A stretch of DNA of 64,000 nt, taken from IMG/VR virus record IMGVR_UViG_3300023174_000046, positions 1 through 64,000 of that record, one strand, 5' to 3'. A model generated the notes under the pieces. The model searched no databases. It had not been told where the DNA came from and was given only the letters and a program-made list of their open reading frames with translations. Position numbers and translations under genes: made by a program. Of this stretch, positions 63,762-64,000 are shown piece by piece. Numbering within the stretch: the stretch's first letter is position 1; the number at the start of each line of letters is the position of its first letter.

Positions 63762-64000
63762 CTATTTGATTCTTTGAGCATTTTGTTGCATTGTATTTAT
63801 TTGCTTCTGAAGCTGCTGTATTTGCTGCACAAGCTGTTGATTGGCAGGTTGTTGACTCAATTGATTTGTAAGGTTTTGTAGTTTGTCCTGCTGTGTCTTT
63901 ACTTGCACAGCTGGCAGACCTACTGCACGTGGTATGCTACCAATTTGTTGTTGCAAACGATATGGATCGCCACCTGCTGCAGCTTTTAGGGACTGACCAA
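63762..64000 (-). CDS. Gln-rich protein, C-terminal part (runs off the window)
   Basis: open frame to the window edge, Q-rich. Confidence 0.55.
   Translation of the reverse strand, partial: GQSLKAAAGGDPYRLQQQIGSIPRAVGLPAVQVKTQQDKLQNLTNQLSQQPANQQLVQQIQQLQKQINTMQQNAQRIK

Noticed and set aside
1-64000. Stop-codon reassignment
   Set aside because: Conserved genes are intact in code 11, TAG and TGA both end real genes, and none of the 12 tRNAs has a suppressor anticodon. Leu(TAG) and Ser(TGA) are anticodons reading CTA and TCA.
1-64000. Prophage or host chromosomal DNA
   Set aside because: No integrase, att-like duplication or bacterial housekeeping operon. Metabolic genes share phage promoter motifs and are interleaved with T4-like core genes.

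Overview
This window is 64 kb of a large AT-rich, T4-like lytic myophage genome in the standard genetic code. A Verrucomicrobiota-type small protein suggests a PVC-group host, which is an inference. From left to right it holds: (1) an early region of small + strand genes (1-3.4 kb); (2) virion proteins, including a 1365-aa Pro/Thr-repeat protein, probable internal head proteins and two tail fibres; (3) nrdAB and dCMP deaminase; (4) 12 tRNAs split by an AT-rich sugar-metabolism island; (5) a lysis cassette, a tmRNA and a gp5-like spike; (6) a 7-deazaguanine DNA-modification operon (TGT/DpdA3-like, PurN/DpdN-like formyltransferase, GMP reductase, MazG-like protein, kinase, radical SAM, QueF), with queE and queD at the right end; (7) the head module gp23/gp22/gp21, a DinG-like helicase, GroES, gp62 and DUF366; (8) a second glycosyltransferase cluster and phoH. 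The most interesting points are: an apparently pre-replicative guanine-replacement pathway with its own GMP/dGTP-depleting enzymes; an unannotated tRNA-sized kissing-loop RNA inside the tRNA array; a tmRNA with a long tag that does not end in Ala-Ala; rrn-type boxA elements at the head of three stable-RNA transcription units; and a window-wide leaderless promoter architecture (TTGANN-N16-TANNAT-N6-ATG and TAAATA-N5-7-ATG). All family assignments come from motif recognition by eye. No database searches were run.
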